Shown: positions 28,701 to 36,495, counted from the stretch's first letter. The stretch: 64,000 nt of DNA from Alphaproteobacteria bacterium (GCA_009783145.1 WRHR01000001.1:492-64491), one strand, 5' to 3'. Numbers and translations are program-made. Notes: a model not told the origin generated them from the letters alone.

Positions 28701-29293
28701 CCAGCGGAGTTAAACTCCTCGGCCAATATCCGATATTTGTGAACGCCGCCGCGGTAAGTCCGTCCAATCCGCTGAATGCCGCAGTTTACGAGCTCATCTT
28801 CGACGGCACTCAATGGCAGGCAATCGGTTCCGGCAGCGGCGGAGGCATATCTGCCGCGACGACGACTAAACTGGGCGGCGGAAAATTATTCTTTAATCCT
28901 TATCCTGGTATAGATCTGGGCGCAACAGAGACCGATTGTCTTGTGGACGAGACAGGGATGAAGGGTGAATGTCGTGCTTATCCGATCCAGCTTAATGACA
29001 CCGACGACAAAATGTATGTTGCAGTTCCGGATGCGTACACAGTAGTTAATAACGAATTTTATAACAACATACTTCCAAGCATTCCTGTCGCCACCATTGA
29101 ATACAGCGCGGGCAACGGAGGTTCGAACGGTATGATTCCAAAGATACCGTATGCCTGCCGCGCGGGACAGAATCCAAAGGTTACCTGCATGCTCGGATAT
29201 GGCGAATTTACCAGCAACGGCGCGAACGGCACGGGCGTTGATGCCGCCGGCGGATCCGGCACCGGATTCTATTGGGAAAAAGTCACACGTTGA
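22766..29293 (+). CDS. Giant repetitive secreted protein (2175 aa, GTG start). It carries more than 15 tandem repeats of about 45 aa (YGPxANATLTxGGTFTVPQVTVDANGHTTxGATRTFTMP) and C-terminal repeats of about 80 aa (...AKxIFVNGAAxSSTNPLKxAVYEFIYDGTQWQ).
   Basis: Single 6.5-kb ORF with a signal peptide and highly periodic Thr/Gly/Ala-rich repeats. Shadow ORFs on both strands are rejected. Confidence 0.7.
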   Translation: MKREGRKISLVALIIAAFVAPAMGADINIVTSKQYVDARFNPADAATKIAVVTLDANNRPIVKNDKSISDILGGITTTTTGAGNAVTSISDDGAGHITATKGSTFLTGETDPSIDTTVMGTAATAAGTTGTAGKVYTVQKNAAGKAVVSVPWMDNNTTYTGTAPIDVTGTVVSHNTSGVTAAAYGPSAPATLTSGGTFTVPSVTVDARGHVTAAAAQTMTMPSIPAAANNAAIKIAYATTGITAAGNFATVNQAADSTLTLHTVASTGSYNDLGNKPSIPAAQVNSDWNAGSGVAQILNKPTIPTITMNNAGTTTPSFYAPTAGGTSGNVLKSTGATSAPTWGTLSYSDITGTLPQVQSDWAQATTGAADYIKNKPTIPNTAGTGINITGATITNTAPNLQTKNIVGAATGATANAASTNGNTYLNAVENGAVVSTHKIAGGGATTVTSDASGNITISSTDTPPTTYTGTAPINVTGTVVSHNTSGVTAATYGPGANATLASGGTFTVPEVTLNATGHATGAATRTFTLPTILTHPAGANGTFGPAANATLTYGGTFTVPQVTVDANGHTTTGATRTFTMPAAPTAYTHPNDGGAGTYGPGADATLVSGGTFTVPQVTVNAAGHTTSGATRTFTMPSIPAAANNAAINIAYGATATAPGQFATVDQSAATTLTLHTVARTGSYDDLTNRPTITDTKIKAFNGNVTAGTAAAYTLATTYPAFTAADMADGTVVFATPNQTNSAGATLSVGGQTARPIWNSATGATVAASALVANMAYSFTYDATNNRWHAKQLDTNTVYTHPTGGANATLGPGANATLTFGGTFTVPQVTVDASGHTTSGATRTFTMPATPTATGTAGGDLTGTYPNPTLTTTGAAAGTYGITADASGSGASFKVPKFTVDTKGRLSMAGENTVTMPTTTTYAGTAPITVSGSSITHDDSGVTAAAYGPSAPATLTSGGTFTIPSVTVNAKGHVTAAATQTMTMPTIPAAFTHPAGANGTFGPAANATLTYGGTFTVPQVTVDANGHTTTGATRTFTMPAIYTHPNDGGAGTYGPGADATLASGGTFTVPYVTVNAAGHTTAGGVRTFTMPTLSPNLQTKNIVGATTGATANAASTNGNTYLNAVENGAVVSTHKIAGSGATTVISDASGNITINSPAATTYTGTAPITVSGSSITHDNSTVTAGNYGPAANATLTSGGTFTVPYISVDAKGHTITGTATRTFTMPTITDTKIKAFNGNVTAGTAAAYTLATTYPSFTAADMADGTVVFATVNQTNSAGATLAVGGQTARPIFNTATGAAVAASALIANTAYSFTYDATNNRWHAKQLDTNTLTRVNLNNAGLNSGDITAFYAPTGGGTSGNVLKSTGATSAPTWGTLSTSDITDINTYVTTNAAKSFNGATTTLATNAYSLAATQPTFAAGNLVAGAVVFATLNATNPSAAPTLNVNSTGAKTIMLNGAATGASALVANVAYSFTYDGTNWSAKQLDTNTLTRVNLNNAGLNSGDITAFYAPTGGGTSGNVLKSTGATSAPTWGTLSYSDITGTAPDTKIKAFNGNLTAGTAAAYTLATTYPTFTAADMADGTVVFATVNQMNSASATLSVGGQTARPIFHTETGAAVNAGSLGTYRAHSFTYDGTNNRWYAKQLDTYEHSASGNPGQYGPTSGGTLAFGGTFTVPYIEGNDQGHVIDSGEVTFTLPAAPTVTETDPLFNALDGTAGATTGTAPTYLLTTAAAKKITLTTGARVITKIHAAATAAATLNVTSNSVALGAKAIFVNGAAVSSTNPLKANAVYEFIYDGTQWQAIGTDTIPDLSTVVPTYETDPKFNYFDGTISGMAPSYTLTTSKVIPSPLAAGARVVAKIQGTATSAATLTVIANGVNLTAKNIFVNGAAISSTNPLKGAVYEFIYDGTQWQIIGAIQDVATNEADPRFFFYDGQTGGTAPNYTLTTTKIVPTMVSGPGARLVVKFHAGTTSAAALNLTSGVKLLGQYPIFVNAAAVSPSNPLNAAVYELIFDGTQWQAIGSGSGGGISAATTTKLGGGKLFFNPYPGIDLGATETDCLVDETGMKGECRAYPIQLNDTDDKMYVAVPDAYTVVNNEFYNNILPSIPVATIEYSAGNGGSNGMIPKIPYACRAGQNPKVTCMLGYGEFTSNGANGTGVDAAGGSGTGFYWEKVTR

Positions 29294-29337
29294 TGGCAAA
29301 TGGAAAAAAGTGTAGGCTTCGCCGATACTTTTTTTTA

Positions 29338-29455
29338 ACTGGATTGCCGCGTCGCCCTTCGGGCTCCTCGCAATGACAATTCGGTGTTTGTTTCAGGCTC
29401 TGCACCTTGTTCTACTCTTCCTTGTCATTGCGAGCGCAGCGAAGCAATCCAGTTT
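29338..29455. repeat. Family-A MITE-like element
   Basis: CTGGATTGCCGCG...CTCGCAATGACAATTCGGTGTTTGTTTCAGGC...TTGTCATTGCGAGCGCAGCGAAGCAATCCAG. Confidence 0.75.
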
Positions 29456-29511
29456 ATTAAATAACAACATTATTCTTCCCTCTCCGCTTTTTTTCCTTTA
29501 TAATTTCCATC

Positions 29512-30219
29512 ATGTTACGAACAATTTTATTTAATCTTCTTCTTTTTATCTTGTTCCTGCTTTGGACGCCGGCGATACTGCTTGCGCTTCCATTAAAAGA
29601 TTTGCTCGGCCGCGTGGCTGTCGGCGTTGCTTTCAGCGTGCTGTGGCTGTTGCGCGTTGCCGCCGGCATCAAGTATGAAATTCATCATCCCGCGGCAAGC
29701 ATCGACGGCATACCGGTCAAGCCCAACAACCACAATCGCGCCGACGGAAAGGCCATAATCGCGTCAAAGCACATGTCGATAATGGAGGCCGCTGTTCTGA
29801 TGGCTCATATTCCGAACCCGTTCTTTATCATAAAGCGCGAGCTGATGTGGATACCGATTTACGGCTGGGCTTTCTGGCGTCTGGGTATGCAGCCCGTCAA
29901 CCGCAAGCAAGGCGCGACTTATATGCGCCGGCTTTCGGATAGCGTGGCGGAAAAAATCAAGTCCGGAATGACGCTGGTAATCTTTCCCGAAGGCACGCGG
30001 ACGCGGCCCGGCGCAGGCATCAAGCTGCGGCGCGGCCTGCTGTTCATTGCGGAAAGCTTGAAGCTGCCGATTGTGCCGGTCGGATTGGATACGGGGCTTT
30101 ATTGGCCAAAAAAAGGAAGAATGCATTCCGGTACGGCGAACATATGGTTCGAATCTCCGCTGCCCAGCACAGCATCGCTTGAAGAAATCGCGGAAGCGAT
30201 TCAAAGACACAGCGCGTAA
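29512..30219 (+). CDS. plsC: Lysophospholipid (1-acyl-sn-glycerol-3-phosphate) acyltransferase family protein
   Basis: N-terminal TM segment, then the SKHMSIMEA (HX4E/D-type) and FPEGTRT motifs. Confidence 0.6.
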   Translation: MLRTILFNLLLFILFLLWTPAILLALPLKDLLGRVAVGVAFSVLWLLRVAAGIKYEIHHPAASIDGIPVKPNNHNRADGKAIIASKHMSIMEAAVLMAHIPNPFFIIKRELMWIPIYGWAFWRLGMQPVNRKQGATYMRRLSDSVAEKIKSGMTLVIFPEGTRTRPGAGIKLRRGLLFIAESLKLPIVPVGLDTGLYWPKKGRMHSGTANIWFESPLPSTASLEEIAEAIQRHSA

Positions 30220-30254
30220 GCAAACGCTTTGCGTTTGCTAGAGTATTCGCTCGC

Positions 30255-30345
30255 TTCGCTCGCAGAGTAAGAGAGTAGAAGAGTTGTAGATATTTTTTTT
30301 ACTCTATTACTCTCTTACTCTGCGAGCGAAGCGAGCGTTACTCTT
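30255..30345. repeat. Hairpin element with inverted arms CGCTCGCTTCGCTCGCAGAGTAAGAGAGTAG / CTATTACTCTCTTACTCTGCGAGCGAAGCGAGCG, sitting between the convergent genes plsC and asmA
   Basis: Seen directly. It probably acts as a bidirectional terminator. Confidence 0.65.
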
Positions 30346-32463
30346 TTACTTTATCATCTCAGCAACTAATTCCGACAGCGGGCGGTTTATGAATTCCGGA
30401 TCGCCTTTGATTTCCGGCGCGCCTTTTTTAATCGCGGTATCGCATGGATGATCGTCTTCCAGCCAGTTGCTCAGCAGGTCCCCTGCCAGAAATCCTATGC
30501 CCGCGCCTGCGACCAAGGACAGCCCTCCGGTAAAAGGCGCAAGCAATATCATTCCGATGCCGGTCGTGGCGGCGGTGCGCTCTATAAGGCTGCGGCCGTT
30601 GAACTTGATATCGGGCTCGGCCATGTTTCCGGTGAACTCCATAGAATTCACTATATTGCCGGTAAAGCTGATTTTCAACCCCCGCACCGGCGTCGATACC
30701 ATCGACGCGTCCAAAGTTTCTTTTCCCAAATCCGCCCTGCCCGCCGCGCGCATATTCACGGCAGAGGTTTGCAAGGCGATTCCGCGCTCGGTCTCGACAA
30801 CTCCGCGACGGATTTTCAAGTTTACGACGGCGCATGAAACATCGACTTTGTCATACTTGTTCTTGGCGGTCACCATATCTTGCACGCTATGGCGCAGAGA
30901 TGTCAGAAAGTCCTGGCCGTACAAGTATTCCGCCGCGTCCGGCAGTGCGGTTCCGGCCCCAACGCTGCGCACTTGGAGGGGGCCGGCGACGCTTGCCATC
31001 AATTCGGACAAGTCCTTTCCGCGTCCTTGCAGATAAAACTCGAAGTCCGCCGGAAGGCCTGTTATGATATTTTTTTCGCCCACGCTTTCCAGTATCTTTC
31101 CCGCCTGAATGCCTTGCCCCATCCCCGCTCCGCGCGCGACAACCGCGCCTTCGTCGTCATAGGCGAGCAAAGCGGCGCGAACTTTTCCGCCCGCGAATCC
31201 GGCGTCCATACGAACGGAAAGCTCGCCGTCCTTAACATTCGCGCGCGCGCTTATATTCTCAACCGACAAGTTGCGATACATGACCAAGCTTGCGAGATCG
31301 ACCGCAATATCCGCGTTCGCAAGGTTCAGGTATTCGGAATAAAGCGGCGTATCCTTGAACACGTTCAGCGGCCGGTTCGGGCGCTTCCAAGGCGTCTTCG
31401 CGGTGCCGTACAGCTCTGTGAAAACTTCGCCCAATATGAATTTTTTAGATCTCAGCTTCGCGGATATCATGGGCTTCTTGCCGCCCCAACTGATATTGCC
31501 CGAAACCGACAAGTCGCTTTTTCCGAACGATATCGAAGACTGATGCAGCGTTAGCTTGCTGTGCCCCATACCGCCGGAAATGTTCAACGTCATCGGAGCA
31601 ATCTTCGGAACATCCGGATCAAAGCGTTTTAAAATCGCCTGGGCGTCCGCAATCTTTCCTTTGACTATAAAATCTATGGGCAGCTTTGACGTCTGCTCCA
31701 GCGCCAAGTTCGCGATAACCGGCGTCAGCTTGTTCGCGATCGCGACGCGCACGGGATAAACCTTGCGCGCCGCGTCCAAAGGCAGCAATGACGCGATGAA
31801 CGAATATTCCTGCCCGTCGTCCAGCGCGACACGCCCGACGTATTCTATATATCCGTCGGTCTTCTTATACCGCAGAAAGATTTCTTCCGCCTCGAACTCC
31901 GTCTTTCCGCCCGCGTCGATGAATACGAACTTCGGGTTTTCCATTTTGACGGAATCGATGCCCCAATCCGAATCAAAGGGAAATTTTGCCGGGCCGTCTT
32001 CTTGATTAGTCGTATTTGTCATTCCCGCGAAGGCGGGAACGCGCGAAGACTCCAAGGAATATTCGCCCTCGGCGTTTTCCTCCAGATATACCAGCGGGTT
32101 TACAAGTGTCAAATCGCTGACGGACGCCGTCGTACCCAAAAGCGAAAGAAGATTTATTCTCGCCTCGACCTGATCTATGCGGACGCCGTCTTCATTGGCG
32201 GCCCAATCCTTTGCCGGAATCGCTACGTCGGACAAGACGACGCGAGGCGTCAGCGAGAACTTCCAATGAATCTCGCCGCGGATTTCGACGGGCAGCCCGG
32301 TGGCGCTTGATAGAGCATGCGCGACCTCGCCGCGAAGGGTTTCAAGATTCACCCGCGACAGAGCGACAAACAGCGAAACGACCAGCCCGACAAGAACTAT
32401 CGCGAAGATGCGCGCAAAGCGAAAGAAGTCGCGCTTAAAAAATCGCATCAGTACAAATTTCAT
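30346..32463 (-). CDS. asmA: AsmA-family outer-membrane assembly protein
   Basis: N-terminal TM anchor, then the AsmA-like N-domain (SRVNLETLRGEVAHALSSATGLPVEIRGEIHWKFSLTPRVVLSDV) and a long beta-rich body. A family-B hairpin sits in frame at 32018-32044 (RVPAFAGMTN). Confidence 0.55.
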   Translation of the reverse strand: MKFVLMRFFKRDFFRFARIFAIVLVGLVVSLFVALSRVNLETLRGEVAHALSSATGLPVEIRGEIHWKFSLTPRVVLSDVAIPAKDWAANEDGVRIDQVEARINLLSLLGTTASVSDLTLVNPLVYLEENAEGEYSLESSRVPAFAGMTNTTNQEDGPAKFPFDSDWGIDSVKMENPKFVFIDAGGKTEFEAEEIFLRYKKTDGYIEYVGRVALDDGQEYSFIASLLPLDAARKVYPVRVAIANKLTPVIANLALEQTSKLPIDFIVKGKIADAQAILKRFDPDVPKIAPMTLNISGGMGHSKLTLHQSSISFGKSDLSVSGNISWGGKKPMISAKLRSKKFILGEVFTELYGTAKTPWKRPNRPLNVFKDTPLYSEYLNLANADIAVDLASLVMYRNLSVENISARANVKDGELSVRMDAGFAGGKVRAALLAYDDEGAVVARGAGMGQGIQAGKILESVGEKNIITGLPADFEFYLQGRGKDLSELMASVAGPLQVRSVGAGTALPDAAEYLYGQDFLTSLRHSVQDMVTAKNKYDKVDVSCAVVNLKIRRGVVETERGIALQTSAVNMRAAGRADLGKETLDASMVSTPVRGLKISFTGNIVNSMEFTGNMAEPDIKFNGRSLIERTAATTGIGMILLAPFTGGLSLVAGAGIGFLAGDLLSNWLEDDHPCDTAIKKGAPEIKGDPEFINRPLSELVAEMIK

Positions 32464-32465
32464 TT

Positions 32466-33464
32466 TTATTCTGTCTTAAACTCCAAAAACTTCGCGACGT
32501 TCGCCATAAAGTTCGGCATCTGCGCGCGAATTGTCACTATCTTTTTCGTTACCGGATGCCTCAGCGACAGCTTGTGCGCGAACAGGAACAATTTGTTGGA
32601 ATCCAGCATGGAATCCAAGATTGTGTTATCTGTGCTCTGTGCTCTGTGCTCTGTGCTCTGGCGATACAAAGTATCGCCGACTATCGGGGCGCCCAGCGCG
32701 AATGCCGAATGCAGGCGCAACTGGTGCGTGCGTCCGGTCTGCGGCGCAAACCGCACCCAGGTCAGGACTCCGGGCAGTCGTCCCAAGACCTCGTACTTCG
32801 TAATCGCGCGCTGCGGGCGAGTGCCACTCAAGCGCTGAAATTCATCCGCCTCATCCGACGACAGGACTTTTCCTTTCGCCATAAAGGTATCCAAAACGCC
32901 GCGGCCGACCGGAATGCTTCCGCGCAGCAGCGCCAGGTATTCTTTTGCCGCGGACTTGTCCCTGAACTGGGCCGCCAGGTGCTGAGCGGCGCGCTGATTC
33001 TTGGCGAAGACTATCACTCCGCTTGTCTCGCGATCCAGGCGGTGCACGGGAAGAATCGTGTCATAAGGGAACAATGCCGCCGCCATTTTATCAAGCGATT
33101 TTTTTATCCCGGTTCCGCCCTGCACCGCCAGACCCGCTGGCTTGTCGAACGCGACGAAGTCCGGATCGTCATGGATTATCAGCTTGCGTAATTTTTCCAG
33201 GTCGGCCAGAGAAAATTTAATTCCGGATTCCTGGCTTTTCGCTTGAGGGGACTGCTGCAGCGCGGCAAGAAAAGGCGGAATGCGCAAGTCGTCGCCCGAA
33301 TGCAGAATTTCATCGCCATGGCACCTCGCGGAGTTCACGCGCATCTGGCCTGATCGGCACAGCTTGTGAAATTCTCCGTCAGAAACTCGCGGATAGTGCC
33401 TCTTGACCCATCTTTTCAGACGGATTCCGTCTTCAGTGGAAGAGATTACAGTTTGTGTGCGCAT
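32466..33464 (-). CDS. RluA-family 23S rRNA pseudouridine synthase (RluC/RluD-like) with an S4 domain
   Basis: HRLDRETSGVIVFAKN catalytic motif and an S4-like N-terminus. The tandem heptamer GTGCTCT x4 in the 3' region is translated as HRAQSTEHRAQST. Confidence 0.85.
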   Translation of the reverse strand: MRTQTVISSTEDGIRLKRWVKRHYPRVSDGEFHKLCRSGQMRVNSARCHGDEILHSGDDLRIPPFLAALQQSPQAKSQESGIKFSLADLEKLRKLIIHDDPDFVAFDKPAGLAVQGGTGIKKSLDKMAAALFPYDTILPVHRLDRETSGVIVFAKNQRAAQHLAAQFRDKSAAKEYLALLRGSIPVGRGVLDTFMAKGKVLSSDEADEFQRLSGTRPQRAITKYEVLGRLPGVLTWVRFAPQTGRTHQLRLHSAFALGAPIVGDTLYRQSTEHRAQSTDNTILDSMLDSNKLFLFAHKLSLRHPVTKKIVTIRAQMPNFMANVAKFLEFKTE

Positions 33465-33473
33465 AGTTAAGGT

Positions 33474-33553
33474 AGAAAGTAGGAAGTAGGAAGTAGGAGG
33501 TGGGATATCTGCATTCTTTACTTCCTACCTCCTACTTTCTACTTCCTACCTGT
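33474..33553. repeat. Hairpin with tandem-heptamer arms (AGGAAGT)n / (ACTTCCT)n
   Basis: Seen directly between the pilin stop and the rluC start. Confidence 0.65.
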
Positions 33554-33554
33554 T

Positions 33555-34085
33555 TTATTCCCCATATACTATATGAACCGCGTTCTGCCCTGCGGGCCCC
33601 TTGCAATCGTTCGGGATGGCGGTCGCGCCGCCGGACCGGCCGTTGGACGCCTGGTACCCGACAGAATCAGACCAAGCCTTTACTCTGAAGTACTCGCAGT
33701 CGGACGGGTTAAGGCCGTCTATGGTCAGAATGAACTGGCGCAAGTCCGACGGATTCACGGACAGCAAGTATTTTCCGCCGTACGGATTCTTGTCCGACAT
33801 GCCGATGGCGGCGAATATGGTACCGTTGTCCAGATTTGAAAAGTCGTCGTATTCGCCCAGGATGGTGCGAACGCCGGTGACTATCTGCGCAACTTCGTCC
33901 TGCAGCGCGGTGCGCTTTTGGCTGCGCATGGCGGCGGTAATCATAGTAATAGCGCCGACGGTTATAACGCCCATTATGGCCAGAACGCCCAGCATTTCAA
34001 TCATGCTTCTGCCAGATTCGCTGTCAGAAGTCGAAACGCGAAACGCGAAACGCGAAACGCGTAGTGAATCATATAATTTTCTCAT
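33555..34085 (-). CDS. Type IV prepilin/pseudopilin with a long leader of about 27 aa (type IVb-like)
   Basis: ...SESG|RSMIEMLGVLAIMGVITVGAI has the class III signal, with Gly at -1, Glu at +5 and a hydrophobic helix. The leader residues RVSRFAFRVS come from the heptamer arms of the element at 34020-34150. Confidence 0.65.
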   Translation of the reverse strand: MRKLYDSLRVSRFAFRVSTSDSESGRSMIEMLGVLAIMGVITVGAITMITAAMRSQKRTALQDEVAQIVTGVRTILGEYDDFSNLDNGTIFAAIGMSDKNPYGGKYLLSVNPSDLRQFILTIDGLNPSDCEYFRVKAWSDSVGYQASNGRSGGATAIPNDCKGPAGQNAVHIVYGE

Positions 34086-34150
34086 ATCAAACCTTTTTGT
34101 TGCGCCAACCCACGCGTCGCGCATCTCGCGTTTCGCGTTTCGATTTGCTT
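34020..34150. repeat. Heptamer-arm palindromic element (GAAACGC x4 ... CGCGTTTCG x2) spanning the pilin start codon
   Basis: Seen directly. Confidence 0.75.
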
Positions 34151-34179
34151 TTTACTTACAAGATTGTATCATAAAAGCG

Positions 34180-35706
34180 ATGATTATTCAATTTAGCAAT
34201 CTTATAGAACATAGTCCTAAATCGCCGGGCGTATATATGATGTACGACGCGACTGGGGTCTTGTTATATGTGGGCAAGGCAAAGAACTTGAACGCGCGCC
34301 TGCGCCAGTATCTGGACATATCGCAGCTGGAATGGCACAAAAGAGTAATGCGCAGCCTGGTCGCGCGCGTGGAATGGCAAAGATGCGCGACGGAATCCGA
34401 GGCGCTGGTGCTGGAGCAAGAGCTGATAAAAACCCAAAAGCCGAAATATAATATAATGCTGACGGACGGGAAGATGTACCCGATGCTGGCGCTGACGAAG
34501 CACCAATTTCCTCGGCTGGTGAAGTTCCGCGGCAAGATATCGCAAAAGAAAGACGTGTTCGGGCCGTACCCGTCGGCGGGCGCCCTGAACGACGCGATAA
34601 AGACGATACAGAAAGTATGCCAGGTGCGCACCTGCACGGACGGGTTTATGAGAAACCGGGCGCGCCCTTGCCTGTTGCATCAGATCGGGCGGTGCAGCGC
34701 GCCATGCGCGCTTTGCGCGCAGAGCATAGATTATGATAATAATGTAAAACTCGCGCGGCGTATCTTATCCGGCGACATTCAATCGGCGACGAAAGAATTA
34801 TCAAAGGAAATGCAGGCGGCGTCGGACAGGATGGACTTTGAAAAAGCGGCCGAGCTGCGCGATAAGATATCCGCGTTAAGCGCGACCGCGACCCGCGGCC
34901 GTATGCGGGCACAAAAGGCTGACGACTTTTCCGAATCGTTCGCGGCGCTGGAAAAATGGCTGAGGATGAAAATTGAAAAAGCGTTCGTGTTCGACAACTC
35001 GCACTTGTTCGGGAAAAGCCCGGTCGGCGCGATGATAGCCTTCGACCGCGCGGGCTTTGTGAAATCGGAATATCGGCATTTCAAATTAAAGGATAACGCG
35101 CGCGCCGGGAACGACATCGCGATGATGGAAGAATTCCTTTTGCGCTTCGCGCAAAAGGACGAAACGCGAAACGCGAAACGCGAAACGCGGGATTCAGAAA
35201 ATATGAATAATACTGTCCATTATAATGGACAATGCACGTCGTTATACGACCTGCGCGTCTCGCGTCTCGCGTCTCGCGTCTCGCTTATCATCGTGGACGG
35301 CGGGAAAGCGCAATGGAATATCGCAAAGAAAACACTTGGGGACGCGGCGGCAATACTTGGCGTGACCAAGGGCATCGTGCGCGACGGGGACGAGCATTTT
35401 ATTATGCCGGACGGCGACGAAGACCGCGGCTTGGCCAAAAATTCGCCTGTGTTTTTATTTCTGCGGCGCGTGCGGGACGAAGCGCATAGGTTTGCGATTT
35501 CGTTCCATCGCCGCAGCCGGGGCAAGTCCGCGATAACCAGCGCATTGGACGAGATAGAGGGCATCGGCGCGGCGCGCAAGAAAGCACTGCTGCATCACTT
35601 TGGTTCCGTAAGGCAAATTGCGGATTCGACTGCGGCGGATATAGCGCGCGCGCCCGGGATATCGAAAACAATCGCGGAAAAGATTTACTTGCACTTTCAT
35701 CCTTAA
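34180..35706 (+). CDS. uvrC: Excinuclease ABC subunit C, carrying a 47-aa in-frame repeat-element insertion
   Basis: GIY-YIG N-domain (GVYMMYDATGVLLYVGKAKNLNARLRQY), UvrB-interaction region, RNaseH-like domain (IIVDGGKAQ) and C-terminal HhH (GIGAARKKALLHHFGS). The insertion ETRNAKRETRDSENMNNTVHYNGQCTSLYDLRVSRLASRVSL lies between ...LRFAQKD and IIVDGG. Confidence 0.9.
   Translation: MIIQFSNLIEHSPKSPGVYMMYDATGVLLYVGKAKNLNARLRQYLDISQLEWHKRVMRSLVARVEWQRCATESEALVLEQELIKTQKPKYNIMLTDGKMYPMLALTKHQFPRLVKFRGKISQKKDVFGPYPSAGALNDAIKTIQKVCQVRTCTDGFMRNRARPCLLHQIGRCSAPCALCAQSIDYDNNVKLARRILSGDIQSATKELSKEMQAASDRMDFEKAAELRDKISALSATATRGRMRAQKADDFSESFAALEKWLRMKIEKAFVFDNSHLFGKSPVGAMIAFDRAGFVKSEYRHFKLKDNARAGNDIAMMEEFLLRFAQKDETRNAKRETRDSENMNNTVHYNGQCTSLYDLRVSRLASRVSLIIVDGGKAQWNIAKKTLGDAAAILGVTKGIVRDGDEHFIMPDGDEDRGLAKNSPVFLFLRRVRDEAHRFAISFHRRSRGKSAITSALDEIEGIGAARKKALLHHFGSVRQIADSTAADIARAPGISKTIAEKIYLHFHP
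35150..35290. repeat. Composite element inside uvrC: arms GAAACGC x4 / GCGTCTC x4 around the core AATAATACTGTCCATTATAATGGACAATG
   Basis: Seen directly. It sits in frame within the CDS. Confidence 0.85.
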
Positions 35707-35737
35707 TCTTTATAATCGGGCGGAAAAATCGTGAAAG

Positions 35738-35840
35738 TGCAGGTGCAGGTGTATTAGAGTATATGAATAATATTGTCCTTTATAAAGGACAACCTATATT
35801 GTTGCACTGATTCACCTGCACTTGCACCTGCACGATTTGC
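35738..35840. repeat. Composite element in the efp leader: arms GTGCAGGTGCAGGTG / CACCTGCACTTGCACCTGCAC around the core AATAATATTGTCCTTTATAAAGGACAA
   Basis: Seen directly. Confidence 0.8.
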
Positions 35841-35856
35841 GACGAAGGAGCAACAA

Positions 35857-36423
35857 ATGGCAAGCTATACGGCAAACGATATGCGCGTGGGATGGGCGAT
35901 TTCGCATAACGGGAAAAGATATTCGGTGACAAGCATTACAAAGGTAAAGCCGGGCAAAGGCGGCGCGTTCGTCCAGGCGGACTTGCGCGATATCGACACG
36001 GGGAACAAGGGCGGCGACCGCTGGCGGTCCGAGGACAAGGTTGAAAAGCTGATGGTGGAAGACGTGGAGTGCCAGTTCCTGTACGGCGACGGGACGGACA
36101 GCTATTTTATGAACTTGTCGGATTACGAGCAATTTACGATGCCGTCTGAGGCGCTGGGGGAACAAGTGAAGTTCCTGCAGCCCGAGATGAAGGTCAAGGC
36201 TAATTTTGTGGAAGGCCACCCGATATCGATAACTCTGCCGAAAACGGTTATCGCGACGGTGGAAGAGACCGAGCCTGCGTTAAAAGGCCAGACTGCGGCG
36301 GGCGGGGGCAAGCCGGCCATATTGGACAACGGCATCCGCATAACAGTTCCTGTATTCGTGGAGATGGGCGAAAAAGTTGTGGTTAATACCGAAACTTTGG
36401 AGTACGTGGAGAGAGCGAAATAG
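35857..36423 (+). CDS. efp: Elongation factor P
   Basis: MASYTANDMRVGWAISHNGKRYSVTS...KPGKGGAFV...KVV. RBS gaaggag. Followed by a terminator. Confidence 0.9.
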   Translation: MASYTANDMRVGWAISHNGKRYSVTSITKVKPGKGGAFVQADLRDIDTGNKGGDRWRSEDKVEKLMVEDVECQFLYGDGTDSYFMNLSDYEQFTMPSEALGEQVKFLQPEMKVKANFVEGHPISITLPKTVIATVEETEPALKGQTAAGGGKPAILDNGIRITVPVFVEMGEKVVVNTETLEYVERAK

Positions 36424-36424
36424 G

Positions 36425-36452
36425 AAGCCCGCGCAAACGCGCGGGTTTTTTT
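36425..36452 (+). terminator. Rho-independent terminator GCCCGCGCAAACGCGCGGG followed by TTTTTTTG
   Basis: Seen directly 3' of efp. Confidence 0.75.
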
Positions 36453-36495
36453 GTTGGGGTGTTTTTATTTTTAACAAAAGTTTAAAAAAACTTTT

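Noticed and set aside
33601-34179. 5' portion of the 701-aa plus ORF lying upstream of the uvrC ATG
   Set aside because: It is antisense to the prepilin gene. UvrC homology begins at MIIQFSNLIEHSPKSPGVYMMYD (34180).
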